A stretch of 64,000 nt of DNA from Candidatus Omnitrophota bacterium (GTDB lineage: Bacteria > Omnitrophota > Gorgyraeia > Zapsychrales > JANLHA01), in contig JANPFV010000104.1 in NCBI GenBank assembly GCA_031423615.1, positions 32,170 through 96,169 of the forward strand, written 5' to 3'. A model generated the notes under the pieces. The model did no database searches and was not told the DNA's origin. It saw nothing but the letters and a program-made list of their open reading frames with translations. The translations under genes were made by a program, and so were the position numbers. Positions within the stretch are counted from its first letter, which is position 1, and every line of letters begins with the position of its first letter. This document shows, piece after piece, positions 38,283-48,783 of the stretch.

Positions 38283-39395
38283 ATGACGGAACAAGAAGCC
38301 CTTGTTGTTTTAAGCGCTATATTGGGTTTAGGCAGTGTGCGCCTGCGTTCGCTCGTCGGACATTTTGGTTCCGGGGTGCAGGTTTTGCAGGCCAAAGAAG
38401 CGGAATTGGTTGAGGCCGGAATTGTGGCCCGCCACCTGGTGCAAAAAATTCTTGAATTCGACCGCGACAATTTTTTACAAAGTGAATATAATCTAATCCG
38501 GCAAAATGACGTTAACGTCGTTACGATCTTTGATGAAAATTATCCGGTGGCTTTGCGTAGCATCTATGACCCGCCCGTGGTTCTTTATATCAAGGGGCAT
38601 TGGCCTGGCGATCACGGGTTGGCGATCGGGGTCGTCGGTTCTCGCAATGCTTCAGTTTACGGGTTAAAGATTGCAGAAAAATTTTCCAGTCAACTGGCTG
38701 AATTGGGGATCACCGTGGTTTCCGGTTTGGCCCGCGGTGTGGACGCCGCCAGTCACCGCGGTTGTTTACGCACCGGCGGACAGACGGTGGCGGTTGTGGG
38801 TTGTGGTCTTTGTCATGTTTATCCTGAGCAGAATAGAGAATTGTATAAGGAGATCGGACAAAAAGGCGCGATCCTCTCGGAGTTCCCAATGTCGGTTCCG
38901 CCCATTTCTGGAAATTTTCCTGCCCGCAATCGCATCATCAGTGGATTATCTTTGGCCGTCCTGGTGGTGGAAGCTTCTCTTAAGAGCGGTGCTCTGATCA
39001 CCAGTCGCTTTGCTCTCGAGCAGGGGCGCGATGTTTTTGCCGTTCCGGGCCAGATCGACCAATCCAATAGCCAAGGTGTCAATCAACTGATCAAGGATGG
39101 CGCGAAGCTGGTCACGTGTTTTGAAGATATTTTACAGGAACTGGAGCCGCAACTCCGCCGGGATTTTGTAAAAACAGGGAAAACAGAAGAGGAATTTTTG
39201 CCGGAGAGAACGACGCATGATTTGAGTGAACAGGAATGGTCCGTCGTTAAATGTGTCAATAAAGAGCCGTTATATATCGATGAGGTTGTGGCCAAATCAG
39301 GTCAACCTCAACTGGAAGTTGCGGGTGTTTTGTTGAAACTGGAATTAAAAAAAGTCATCAAACAATTGCCGGGAAAATATTTTGTCCGGGCATAG
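38283..39395 (+). CDS. dprA: DNA processing protein DprA (Smf)
   Basis: GVVGSRNASVYG...VVSGLARGVDAASHRG Rossmann-like DprA core; GGAGG RBS. Confidence 0.85.
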   Translation: MTEQEALVVLSAILGLGSVRLRSLVGHFGSGVQVLQAKEAELVEAGIVARHLVQKILEFDRDNFLQSEYNLIRQNDVNVVTIFDENYPVALRSIYDPPVVLYIKGHWPGDHGLAIGVVGSRNASVYGLKIAEKFSSQLAELGITVVSGLARGVDAASHRGCLRTGGQTVAVVGCGLCHVYPEQNRELYKEIGQKGAILSEFPMSVPPISGNFPARNRIISGLSLAVLVVEASLKSGALITSRFALEQGRDVFAVPGQIDQSNSQGVNQLIKDGAKLVTCFEDILQELEPQLRRDFVKTGKTEEEFLPERTTHDLSEQEWSVVKCVNKEPLYIDEVVAKSGQPQLEVAGVLLKLELKKVIKQLPGKYFVRA

Positions 39396-39418
39396 CTTTC
39401 TGAAAGCGGGAATATTTT

Positions 39419-41395
39419 ATGGCCAGAGCCTTAGTGATTGTGGAGTCCCCCACCAAAGTCAAGACCATTAATAAAATTTTAGGTTCGAAATACAAGGTCC
39501 TGTCTTCCATGGGTCATTTGATTGATTTACCAAAGTCCAAACTGGGTGTGGATGTAGATCATGATTTTTCCGCCCAGCTTATCGTCATGCGCGCGAAACA
39601 AAAAACACTGACCGCGCTGAAAAAGGAAGCAAAAACCAAGGACGAGATTTATTTTGCGACCGACCCCGATCGTGAGGGTGAGGCGATCGGCTGGAATATC
39701 CGTCCGTATCTCGGCGAGGATAAGAAAGTTTTTCGGGTCACATTTCAGGAAATCACCAAAACGGCGGTCCTAAAGGCTTTTGAGCATCCTCGCAAGTTCG
39801 ACGGCAAAAAGATTGAATCCCAAATGGCGCGTCGCGTCCTTGACCGGATCGTCGGGTATATGATCAGTCCTTTGTTATGGAAAAAAGTGGGTTCGCGTCT
39901 GAGCGCCGGCCGCGTACAGTCCGTGGCTTTGCGCCTGATTGTCGACCGCGAACGGGCGATCAAGAATTTCCTGCCGCAGGAGTACTGGCTTATTGCCGTC
40001 GATTTGCAAAAAGCCGGCCACAAAGATGTCCTCACCGCCAATTTAGAGAAGATCAATAATGAAAAATTTGAGCTCGCGGAAAAAAACGCCACGGAAAATA
40101 TTGTTGAAGAAATCAAAAAGGAAGAATTTGTCATTTCCGATGTCATAGAAAAAGATATCAAACGCAATTCTGCCCCACCGTTTATTACCTCAACACTGCA
40201 ACAGGAGGCTTTCAACAAGCTGGGGTTTAATGCCAACCGCACGATGAAGATTGCCCAGGAGCTTTATGAGGGGATTGAATTAGGCGAAGGAGACCCCGTT
40301 GGTTTGATCACCTATATGCGGACCGACTCGGTTAATATCTCCAATGATGCTTTAAGTGCGGTCCGGGATTTTATTGAAAAAGAATACGGCGTTCGCTATC
40401 TTCCCGAAACGGCGAACCGTTATAAGTCTAAAAAATCGGCGCAAGAAGCGCATGAAGCGATCCGGCCTGCGGATGTCTTAAAGAAACCCGAAGACCTCAA
40501 GTCCTTTCTCGACGAAGACCAGTTTAAATTGTATTCTCTGATTTGGCGGCGATTTGTCAGTTCACAAATGATGCCGGCGATTTTTCGCAATAAACGTGTC
40601 GAAATTATGGCTGGACGCTTTCTTTTTTCAACATCGGGCTCGACCTTGGTTTTTGCCGGTTTCTTGACACTCGATCCGTCCGGGAATGACGCCGAAGGCA
40701 AGGTCGATCTATCGGTGTATTTTAAAAACGATCCATTGGACTTAAAGGAAGTCAAGCCCACCCAGCATTTTACCAAGCCGCCGCCACGTTTTTCGGAAGC
40801 CAGTTTGGTCAAAACACTCGAAGAGGAAGGGATCGGCCGGCCGAGTACATACGCGTCGATCATTTCGACGATTGTAGCGCGCAATTATGTTTTGCGCGAA
40901 CGCGGTTATTTTAGCGCGACCGAATTGGGAATGCGGATTTGTGATCTTCTTGTCGAATATTTTCCTACGATTATGGACATCGGGTTTACCGCCGGCATGG
41001 AAGAGCGCCTGGATCTCGTTGAGGAAGGGGAGTTGGAATATGCCCTTCTTCTGAAGGATTTTTACGGTCCCTTTAAAAAAGAGCTCGATCACGCCATGGC
41101 CACAATCGAGAAGACGCAGGAATTTATAGACGAGAAATGTCCGGAATGCGGCAAGCAAATGGTCATGAAGTGGGGCCGCCGTGGAAAATTTCTGAGCTGT
41201 TCCGATTTTCCCGCTTGCAAATTCGCTAAGCCTATTACAACGGGAATCAAATGCCCTCAGCCGGAGTGTGGCGGGGAACTTGTCAAGCGGCGGGGTAAAA
41301 GCGGGCGCGCATTTTATGGGTGCAGTAAATATCCTGCGTGTACATTTACGGCCAATGCTTTACCCGAAACCCCGGCCCCGGCCAATCCGGAATAG
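39419..41395 (+). CDS. topA: DNA topoisomerase I with C-terminal zinc ribbons
   Basis: TOPRIM N-terminus (ALVIVESPTKVKTI), catalytic region (ITYMRTDS), C-terminal CPECG / CPQPECGG zinc fingers. Confidence 0.95.
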   Translation: MARALVIVESPTKVKTINKILGSKYKVLSSMGHLIDLPKSKLGVDVDHDFSAQLIVMRAKQKTLTALKKEAKTKDEIYFATDPDREGEAIGWNIRPYLGEDKKVFRVTFQEITKTAVLKAFEHPRKFDGKKIESQMARRVLDRIVGYMISPLLWKKVGSRLSAGRVQSVALRLIVDRERAIKNFLPQEYWLIAVDLQKAGHKDVLTANLEKINNEKFELAEKNATENIVEEIKKEEFVISDVIEKDIKRNSAPPFITSTLQQEAFNKLGFNANRTMKIAQELYEGIELGEGDPVGLITYMRTDSVNISNDALSAVRDFIEKEYGVRYLPETANRYKSKKSAQEAHEAIRPADVLKKPEDLKSFLDEDQFKLYSLIWRRFVSSQMMPAIFRNKRVEIMAGRFLFSTSGSTLVFAGFLTLDPSGNDAEGKVDLSVYFKNDPLDLKEVKPTQHFTKPPPRFSEASLVKTLEEEGIGRPSTYASIISTIVARNYVLRERGYFSATELGMRICDLLVEYFPTIMDIGFTAGMEERLDLVEEGELEYALLLKDFYGPFKKELDHAMATIEKTQEFIDEKCPECGKQMVMKWGRRGKFLSCSDFPACKFAKPITTGIKCPQPECGGELVKRRGKSGRAFYGCSKYPACTFTANALPETPAPANPE

Positions 41396-41405
41396 TTATA
41401 GGAAA

Positions 41406-42284
41406 ATGGCCATGAACCGGTATGTTGAAAAATTTCTTTCTTTTCTAGATATTGAAAAGAACTATTCGCCGCACACGGTCCTGAATTATAAATCCGATCT
41501 TATAGAATTTATTGATTTTATCGCGGACAAACCTCTTGAGAAAGTTGAGTATAATGATTTTCGCCGCTTTTTAGCGCAAATGCGTTCCAACCAGTTTAAG
41601 CCCCGAACTCTGGCCCGCAAACTTTCAGCGATCCGCAGTCTTTTTAAATTTCTCCAGCGGGAAGGTTATCTAAAAGAAAATCCGTCCATCCTTTTAATGA
41701 CGCCGAAATTGGACAAAACTCTCCCAAAATTTCTTTCCGAGACTGAGATCACCCAGCTCATCGAAGCGCCGGAGATTACAATGTCCGCCGGTGCGCGGGA
41801 TCGCGCTATTTTTGAGACCCTTTACAGTTCCGGTCTGCGCGTGAGTGAATTGGTGGGACTCAACGTGGAGCATATTGATTTTATCGGTAATGTCATCAAG
41901 GTCATGGGAAAGGGCAAGAAAGAGCGCGTTGTTCCCATCGGCGACAAAGCTTTAAAAGAAATTCGCGGCTATTTGGCCGCGCGCCCGACGAAAGAAGGCG
42001 TTAATGAGCGGGCTGTTTTTTTGAATAAAAATGGTAAACGTTTGACGGACCGCAGTATCAGGAATATTATTAATAAGCATCTTCTGGCTACCAGTGTCAA
42101 GATGAAGGTGTCGCCGCATGTCCTTCGCCATTCTTTTGCGACACATTTGTTGGACCGGGGCGCCGACTTGCGCTCGGTGCAGGAACTTTTAGGGCATGTG
42201 AATTTATCCACGACGCAGATTTATACGCATCTGACGACGGAACGGTTGAAAAGCGTTTATGATAAAGCCCATCCTCATGCCTGA
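41406..42284 (+). CDS. xerC: Tyrosine recombinase XerC/XerD
   Basis: N-terminal SAM-like domain and C-terminal catalytic R...HxxR...Y (HVLRHSFATHLL...TQIYTH); ATG at 41406. Confidence 0.85.
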   Translation: MAMNRYVEKFLSFLDIEKNYSPHTVLNYKSDLIEFIDFIADKPLEKVEYNDFRRFLAQMRSNQFKPRTLARKLSAIRSLFKFLQREGYLKENPSILLMTPKLDKTLPKFLSETEITQLIEAPEITMSAGARDRAIFETLYSSGLRVSELVGLNVEHIDFIGNVIKVMGKGKKERVVPIGDKALKEIRGYLAARPTKEGVNERAVFLNKNGKRLTDRSIRNIINKHLLATSVKMKVSPHVLRHSFATHLLDRGADLRSVQELLGHVNLSTTQIYTHLTTERLKSVYDKAHPHA

Positions 42285-42305
42285 TCTTTCCCGGCGAGTC
42301 TCCTT

Positions 42306-43589
42306 ATGATATTTTTTTATAATATTCTTTATTTTTTGGCTTTTATTTTTTATGTTCCCGTTTTATTCATTCGCGGGAAACTCCACCGCGGTTTTGTCCA
42401 AAGGTTGGGATTTCTGGGGCAGGAATTGCCTTATCGGTTTTATCAAAAAAAGAATATCTGGTTTCATGCGGTGAGTGTCGGCGAAATTTTAGCGATTGTC
42501 GGATTAGTCGAAAGAATCCGCTCAACTCATCCGGACCATCAGATTGTGATTTCCACGGTAACGCCGACGGGTTACGCCTTAGCGCAAAAACGGTTTAGAA
42601 AAGAGGACATTGTGATTTTTGCGCCGTTGGATTTTGGCTGGGCCGTAAAAAGTTTTATCAAGAGAATGAGGCCCGAGATTTTTATTGCCGCGGAAACTGA
42701 GATATGGCCTAATCTTTTAACGGTTTTGGCTCGTGCCGATGTCCCGATGGTCATGGTCAATGGCCGCATTTCTAACAAATCTTTTTATGGTTATCGCCGT
42801 TTTCAATTCTTTATCAGAAAGGTTTTACGTCCTTTCCGGGCTTTTTGCATGCAAAGCGCTTGCGACGCGGACCGTATTATCAATTTGGGCGCTTCAGCCA
42901 AAAATGTTTTTGTTTTAGGTAGTATGAAATTTGATGAGGGGGTTTCTGGCGAAGAAATCACGCTGGCCCGCTGCGGTTTTAAAAATGAAGCTTTAGTCTG
43001 GGTGGCGGGAAGCACTCATCCCGGCGAAGAAAAGATAGTGCTGGATATTTTTAAGAAATTGAAAAAGAAATTTTTTTTGCTGTCGTTAGTCATCGCACCG
43101 CGTCATATCGAGCGCTCGCCGGAGATTTGTGATTTGATTAAGGCGGAAGGTTTGACCGCGGCGGTTTTTTCGCGGATCAATCCGCCGGGGAGCGACCCGC
43201 AGGCCGTCGTGGTTGTCGACACGATTGGACACTTGAAATCCCTCTACCGTTTAGCCACGGTGGTTTTTGTGGGCAAAAGCCTCACGGGAAACGGCGGCCA
43301 GAACATCATTGAACCGGCTTTTTTTGCGAAACCGGTTATTGTCGGGCCGCATATGCAAAATTTTGCGGATATTGCCGAAATATTTTTAGAAGCGGGGGCG
43401 ATTTTACAAATCGAAACACCCGATGAGCTGCGAGAGGCTGTGAGCAAACTTTTAGCGTCGCCGGAATTGAGAACATCCTTGGGGGAGCGGGCTTTAGCCA
43501 CGATCAAGAAAAATGCCGGAGCGACCCACGGTACTGAGCGTATCATTTCCGGAATCCTCGGAGAAATCCATTTTCACAAACCGCAATAA
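42306..43589 (+). CDS. waaA: 3-deoxy-D-manno-octulosonic acid (Kdo) transferase
   Basis: N-terminal membrane anchor and GFxxRLG...HAVSVGE WaaA signature. Confidence 0.85.
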   Translation: MIFFYNILYFLAFIFYVPVLFIRGKLHRGFVQRLGFLGQELPYRFYQKKNIWFHAVSVGEILAIVGLVERIRSTHPDHQIVISTVTPTGYALAQKRFRKEDIVIFAPLDFGWAVKSFIKRMRPEIFIAAETEIWPNLLTVLARADVPMVMVNGRISNKSFYGYRRFQFFIRKVLRPFRAFCMQSACDADRIINLGASAKNVFVLGSMKFDEGVSGEEITLARCGFKNEALVWVAGSTHPGEEKIVLDIFKKLKKKFFLLSLVIAPRHIERSPEICDLIKAEGLTAAVFSRINPPGSDPQAVVVVDTIGHLKSLYRLATVVFVGKSLTGNGGQNIIEPAFFAKPVIVGPHMQNFADIAEIFLEAGAILQIETPDELREAVSKLLASPELRTSLGERALATIKKNAGATHGTERIISGILGEIHFHKPQ

Positions 43590-43669
43590 GCTTTCTTATA
43601 TAATATTAATAATAATCTTAATGGGACATTTTTCATTTTAGTGTAAAATAGGGGCACTTAAAATGAGGT

Positions 43670-44734
43670 TTGTCTTCAATGCGAGACTATTTATATCGCG
43701 TGGTAACCGATCAGCAAGGCGGTAGATGCGCCGGGTTTATCCGTTTTATTTTACTGATTTTATCATTTTTCTATCGCGGAGTCGTGGCCGTGAGGAATTT
43801 CTTTTATCGGAAGGGCATTTTGCGTTCGGTTGATTTGGGAAAGATCGTAATCAGCGTCGGAAATATCACATGGGGCGGGGTTGGCAAAACTCCTTTTGTT
43901 ATTTTGCTTGTAAAGCATTTGCACAGTCGCGGATTCAATCCTGCGGTTTTAACCCGCGGATATATGAAAAACGCCGCGTCTTCTTGCAGCGATGAAGCCG
44001 CCATGATGCGGCAATATATTCCCGGCGTGGCTATCGGTGTAGGCGGCGACCGAATCCAAGCGAGCAAAAGAATTTTGTCCGTTTACCCTGTGGATGTTTT
44101 CATCCTCGATGATGGTTTTCAACACCGCAGAGTGAGACGTCATTTGGAAATTGTTCTTGTGGATTCGGCTAATCCTTTCGGGAATGGCCAGCTGATTCCC
44201 GCCGGCATTCTGCGCGAGCCGCTGAGCGCTTTAAAACGGGCCCACATTATTGTTTTGACGAAGTCGGATTTTAATCCCTCAATGACGCAGGTCTTAGAAG
44301 AGCGTATCCGGCGGATCAACCCGGTTTGCGTTATTGGCTGGGCCGCGCACGCCCCGCAAGCCTTAGAAGAAATTTTTTCCGGGCGTCAAGAGCCCCTTGC
44401 GTATTTGCGCGATTGCAAAATTTTTATTTTTTGCGCCGTGGGAGACCCGCAGAGTTTTACAGAAACCTTGCTGGGGACGGGGGCGGTTGTTGAAAAGGGT
44501 TTTGTTTTTCAGGACCATTATGTTTATTCTGCCAAAGATATTCGGATGATGGTTGAACAGGCAGAAAAGTCGGGGGTCAGGAACTTTGTGACGACGGCAA
44601 AAGACGCCATAAAAGTTATCCCGTTAAAAGAGCATTTTGGCATCTGCCGTTTTTGGGTTTTGAAAATTGAAATTGAACTGCGAAATGGAAAGGACAAAGT
44701 TTTTGGGCGAATTGATCATTTATTGGGCCGTTAG
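43670..44734 (+). CDS. lpxK: Tetraacyldisaccharide 4'-kinase
   Basis: VISVGNITWGGVGKTP P-loop. Confidence 0.9.
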   Translation: MSSMRDYLYRVVTDQQGGRCAGFIRFILLILSFFYRGVVAVRNFFYRKGILRSVDLGKIVISVGNITWGGVGKTPFVILLVKHLHSRGFNPAVLTRGYMKNAASSCSDEAAMMRQYIPGVAIGVGGDRIQASKRILSVYPVDVFILDDGFQHRRVRRHLEIVLVDSANPFGNGQLIPAGILREPLSALKRAHIIVLTKSDFNPSMTQVLEERIRRINPVCVIGWAAHAPQALEEIFSGRQEPLAYLRDCKIFIFCAVGDPQSFTETLLGTGAVVEKGFVFQDHYVYSAKDIRMMVEQAEKSGVRNFVTTAKDAIKVIPLKEHFGICRFWVLKIEIELRNGKDKVFGRIDHLLGR

Positions 44735-46667
44735 GATATTGGGTCTTTTTGTCCAGGTTTTGCCCATCGGGCTTTCTTTGCGATTGGGAAAAATTATGGG
44801 CATGACCGCGTATTATCTAAACGGTAAGCATCGGCGGATTGTTTATTCCAACTTGCGGATCGCTTTTGCTAAGAGCAAATCTCCCGAAGAAATTCGCCGC
44901 ATCGCCAAAGAAACTTTTGCAAATTATGGACAAAATGTGATTGAACTGTTTCGTTTTCCTATGCTGGATACGGTCAAATTTCATGAATTTGTTGAGGTTA
45001 AAGGTCAAGAACATGTGGATGAAGCGATCAAACAAGAGAAAGGCGTTATTTTGCTGGCTATGCATTTTGGCTCTTGGGAAATGGCCAATCTGATCGGTTC
45101 GACGCTCCGCCACCCTTATAAAGTATTGGTTAAAGCGCAAACCAAGAATTCCCGCTTGGGGGAATTGCTCAACTCTTTTCGTCGCAGCGGCGGCACGACG
45201 GTGATCAAAAGGGGTTTGGGCACGCGCGAACTTTTAAAGAGTTTGAAAAATAATGAAGTTGCGGCTTTGGTCGTAGACCAAGGGGGAAGAGACGGGGTTT
45301 TGGTCCCATTTTTCGGGAAAGAAGCCAGTATGTCGTCGGGTGCAATCCGTATCGGATTGAAGATGGGTGTGCCGCTGTGCTTTGTCACCATTGTCCGCAA
45401 GCAAGGGCCGTATCATCTTTTAGTCATTGAAAAACCTTTGGTTTTGAGCCATACGGGAAATGAAGAGCGGGATGTTGTCGCCAACTTGATTAGAATTACG
45501 GCCCTCATGGAAAAAGCCATTTTACAAAATCCTGCGGAATACATGTGGTTTTATAAAATTTGGAAATATTCCCGTGATTCTGTCGTCGGTATTTTGACCG
45601 ACGGGAAGGCTGGACACTTGCGTCAATCGGAAGCGGTAGGCGGGCTTTTGTCACAGGCCCTCAAAGAGCGGGGGAGTAACACTCAACGGCCTATTTTACA
45701 TGTCCATTTTAAAAGTCAATGGCGGGGAAAATTTTGTGCGCTGGCGGCTTGTGTCGGCAATCTTTTACAGCACCGCGGCCGGATATGGCTTTTGCGTTTT
45801 TGTTTGACTAAGGATTCTTTCCGCCAGTTGATGTCGGTCAAACCCGATTTTCTGGTCTCCTGCGGTTCGGCGGTCGCCGGGGTCAATTATCTTTTGTCTT
45901 TGGAGCATGGGGCCAAGAATGTGGTTATTCTCAAGCCGGGGATGTTAAACATCCGGCATTTCGATATGGTCATTTTACCCCGTCATGACACGCTCCGACG
46001 TCAACATTGGCCCGCGAATGTTATCGTGACTGAGGGTGCTCCCAATTTGATTACCCCCAGCTATCTGGCCGAACAAACAGCGGCGCTTTTAAAACGTTTT
46101 TCTCATCTTAAGAGCGGGGATAATTTTAAAATCGGCGTCCTTTTGGGTGGCGACACACCGGAATTTGTTTTAAGCGAACAGCGGGTCAGGATTTTGATCC
46201 ACCAGTTGATCGAGACGGCTGAAGAAACTCAGGCGGATATTCTTTTGACAACTTCCCGTCGCACGTCGGCAAAAATAGAAAATATGATTATGCGGGAATT
46301 GAGTAAATATCGCCGCTGTAAATTTCTAGTCATTGCTAATCGGGAAGATGTCCCGCAAGCTGTGGGCGGAATTTTGGGGCTGGCGGATGTTATTGTGGTT
46401 TCCGGTGACAGTATTTCTATGATTTCGGAAGCGGCCAGCGCCGGGAAAAAAGTTGCGGCCTTTTTTGTGGAACACCGCCGTGGCGTTCCTTTTGAAAGGA
46501 CCAAGCACGGCCGTTTCTTGGAACGGCTCAACAAAGACGGGCATATCCTTTCCGCGGATGTCAAATATATGAAGGACTCCCTGTATAAGCTGATTAAGAA
46601 TAAAGTCCAAACCAGGAAAATAGATGATGATGCGGTGATTCTGGAGAGCTTACAGAAATTTATTTAA
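44685..46667 (+). CDS. Fusion protein: LpxL/LpxM-type lipid A late acyltransferase (N) + ELM1/DUF1022-like domain (C)
   Basis: The first ~300 aa have LPLAT features (TM helix, MHFGSWEMA HX4D-like motif); the last ~350 aa begin ILTDGKAGHLRQSEAVGGLL, typical of ELM1-family proteins; one continuous ORF. ATG at 44685 preferred over the TTG at 44667. Confidence 0.7.
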   Translation: MERTKFLGELIIYWAVRILGLFVQVLPIGLSLRLGKIMGMTAYYLNGKHRRIVYSNLRIAFAKSKSPEEIRRIAKETFANYGQNVIELFRFPMLDTVKFHEFVEVKGQEHVDEAIKQEKGVILLAMHFGSWEMANLIGSTLRHPYKVLVKAQTKNSRLGELLNSFRRSGGTTVIKRGLGTRELLKSLKNNEVAALVVDQGGRDGVLVPFFGKEASMSSGAIRIGLKMGVPLCFVTIVRKQGPYHLLVIEKPLVLSHTGNEERDVVANLIRITALMEKAILQNPAEYMWFYKIWKYSRDSVVGILTDGKAGHLRQSEAVGGLLSQALKERGSNTQRPILHVHFKSQWRGKFCALAACVGNLLQHRGRIWLLRFCLTKDSFRQLMSVKPDFLVSCGSAVAGVNYLLSLEHGAKNVVILKPGMLNIRHFDMVILPRHDTLRRQHWPANVIVTEGAPNLITPSYLAEQTAALLKRFSHLKSGDNFKIGVLLGGDTPEFVLSEQRVRILIHQLIETAEETQADILLTTSRRTSAKIENMIMRELSKYRRCKFLVIANREDVPQAVGGILGLADVIVVSGDSISMISEAASAGKKVAAFFVEHRRGVPFERTKHGRFLERLNKDGHILSADVKYMKDSLYKLIKNKVQTRKIDDDAVILESLQKFI

Positions 46668-46683
46668 CGATAAGGATCCTAAG

Positions 46684-48783
46684 ATGAGGGTTTTGCAAAT
46701 ATTGCCGGAATTGCGTGTCGGCGGAGTGGAAACGGGCACGGTCGATTTTGCCAAATATCTGCGGGAAAATGGCCATCACGCTGTTGTTGTTTCTCATGGC
46801 GGACCTCTCGTGCAGGAACTGGCCGTAGCCGGTGTTACTCATTACGCCTTGCCAGTGCATAAAAAAAATATTTTTATCATTTTAAATTGTATCAAATCTT
46901 TGCGCGACATTATTTTGACGGAAAAAATTGACATTGTTCATGCCCGTTCGCGCGTGCCGGCGTGGATTGCTTTTTTTGCTTGCCGCAAAACACCCGCCGA
47001 ATTTATAACGACATGCCATGGCTATTATTCTAAGCATATGTTTAGCAAAATCATGGGTTGGAGCAAATTGATCATCGTCCCCAGCCAGGTTATTGGTCGG
47101 CACATGGTCGACGACTTTAAAGTGGCGGCAGAAAATGTCCGTTGTATCCCGCGCAGTGTGGACTTGCAGAGATTTGCTCCGGCTTTGCGGGGACGCTCCC
47201 CTTCACAAGCCAACCCCGTGATTTCAATTGTGGGACGGATCACGCCCTTAAAGGGCCACGTGCATTTTTTAAGGGCCATGGCCACGGTGGTCAGAAAAAT
47301 GCCTCAGGTGAAGATTTGGATTATCGGGGATGCGCCGGTGGGCAAGGAAGCGTACCGCGAAGAATTGCAGGTCTTGGTCCGCAGGCTGGGCCTTTCCGAC
47401 TCTGTCGATTTTTTGGGCACGCGGCAAGATGTCCCGCAGCTTTTAGCTAAAACGGACCTACTCGTTTTGTCGACCATTGTGCCGGAAGCTTTCGGACGCG
47501 TCATTCTGGAGGCGCAGGCGGTAGGGGTTCCGGTTGTCGCTACATCCGTCGGGGGAGTTGTTGAAATTATCGACCAAGAAAAGACCGGCCTTTTGGTCAT
47601 GCCCAAAGACAGTGACGCGATGGCCGAGGCCTGCCTAAGGATTTTGTCCGACAAAAAACTGGCCCAACAAATCATTGTCGGCGCCCGGCAAAAATTAGAA
47701 ACCCAATTTACCTTGCGTCACATGGCAGAAAGCACAATCAAGGTTTATGAAGAACTTTTGCGGTCTTTGCGGATTTTGGTGATCAAGATCAGTTCGGTGG
47801 GAGATGTGATTTTGATCACCGCGTCCTTAAAGGCGCTGCGCCAAAAATTTCCCCAGGCACGGATTTGTGTGTTAGTCGGTGAAGCGTCCCGCAAGATTTT
47901 GAGCCGTTGTCCTTATGTAGATGAATTGATCGTCGTGGATTTTAAAAAACGCGACCGGGGAATTAAAGGGCTTTGGCAGTTGGGACGGAAACTGTCCCAT
48001 TATAAGTTTGATAAAGTTATTGATTTGCAAAATAATAATCGCAGTCATTGGCTTTCTTTCCTAAGTTTTCCCAAGGAAAGTTATGGTTTTAAGCGCGGGC
48101 GTTTTGGTTTTCTTTTGACCCATCCCGTTAAGCAGATCAATCCTAACCTTCCTCCTGTTGAGCACCAGTACCAAATTCTCAATCTTTTAGGATTGAATTA
48201 TAACAGCGAGAACCTTCTTGAATTATGGCCCTCAGCAAAGGAATCAGAAAGTGCTTTACGTCTTTTGGAATCGGAGTGGGTCGGGGCCAAGACAAATGTC
48301 GTTGGCGTTAACATCGCCGCATCACAACGCTGGCCAACCAAAAATTGGCCCGTTGAATATATAGCGCGGCTTTGTGATATTCTCGCGGCAAAAAATATCC
48401 GTGTTCTCGTGACCGGTATGGAAAAAGACCGGAACATGGCTAAACAACTTTCGTTGCTCACGAAAACAAAGCCAGCTATACTGATAGGTAAAACCGAATT
48501 GATGGAACTCGCGGCCGTAATCAAGCATTGCAAGGTTTTTATTTCGCCCGATTCTGCACCACTTCATATTGCGGCGGCCATGAATGTTCCCCTCATAGCG
48601 CTCTTCGGTCCGACGTCGTCTCAGAGGCATAGGCCTCCGGCCAAGACGGCGGTGATCATGGAAAAGAAACCACCGTGCGCTCCCTGCTACAGCACGCAAT
48701 GTAAGGTGAAGACCCATCTTTGTATGCGCGATATTACTCCCGAGGAAATTGCCGAGCGCGTTTATCAGCTGATAAATCTATGA
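46684..48783 (+). CDS. Fusion protein: GT4 glycosyltransferase (N) + GT9 ADP-heptose:LPS heptosyltransferase (C)
   Basis: N-terminal MRVLQILPELRVGGVETGTVDFAKYL... GT4 fold with EAFGRVILEAQAVGVPVVA motif; from about residue 360 RILVIKISSVGDVILITASLKALRQKFP is a heptosyltransferase N-terminus. Confidence 0.7.
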   Translation: MRVLQILPELRVGGVETGTVDFAKYLRENGHHAVVVSHGGPLVQELAVAGVTHYALPVHKKNIFIILNCIKSLRDIILTEKIDIVHARSRVPAWIAFFACRKTPAEFITTCHGYYSKHMFSKIMGWSKLIIVPSQVIGRHMVDDFKVAAENVRCIPRSVDLQRFAPALRGRSPSQANPVISIVGRITPLKGHVHFLRAMATVVRKMPQVKIWIIGDAPVGKEAYREELQVLVRRLGLSDSVDFLGTRQDVPQLLAKTDLLVLSTIVPEAFGRVILEAQAVGVPVVATSVGGVVEIIDQEKTGLLVMPKDSDAMAEACLRILSDKKLAQQIIVGARQKLETQFTLRHMAESTIKVYEELLRSLRILVIKISSVGDVILITASLKALRQKFPQARICVLVGEASRKILSRCPYVDELIVVDFKKRDRGIKGLWQLGRKLSHYKFDKVIDLQNNNRSHWLSFLSFPKESYGFKRGRFGFLLTHPVKQINPNLPPVEHQYQILNLLGLNYNSENLLELWPSAKESESALRLLESEWVGAKTNVVGVNIAASQRWPTKNWPVEYIARLCDILAAKNIRVLVTGMEKDRNMAKQLSLLTKTKPAILIGKTELMELAAVIKHCKVFISPDSAPLHIAAAMNVPLIALFGPTSSQRHRPPAKTAVIMEKKPPCAPCYSTQCKVKTHLCMRDITPEEIAERVYQLINL

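Noticed and set aside
41268-41405. 5' extension of xerC overlapping the topA zinc-ribbon region
   Set aside because: In-frame ATG at 41406 directly after the topA stop matches the recombinase N-terminus (MAMNRYVEKF...).
41268-42284. Tyrosine recombinase as evidence of a mobile element
   Set aside because: Sequence and dprA-topA-xerC context indicate a chromosomal XerC/D dimer-resolution recombinase. There are no flanking repeats, phage genes or transposase genes.
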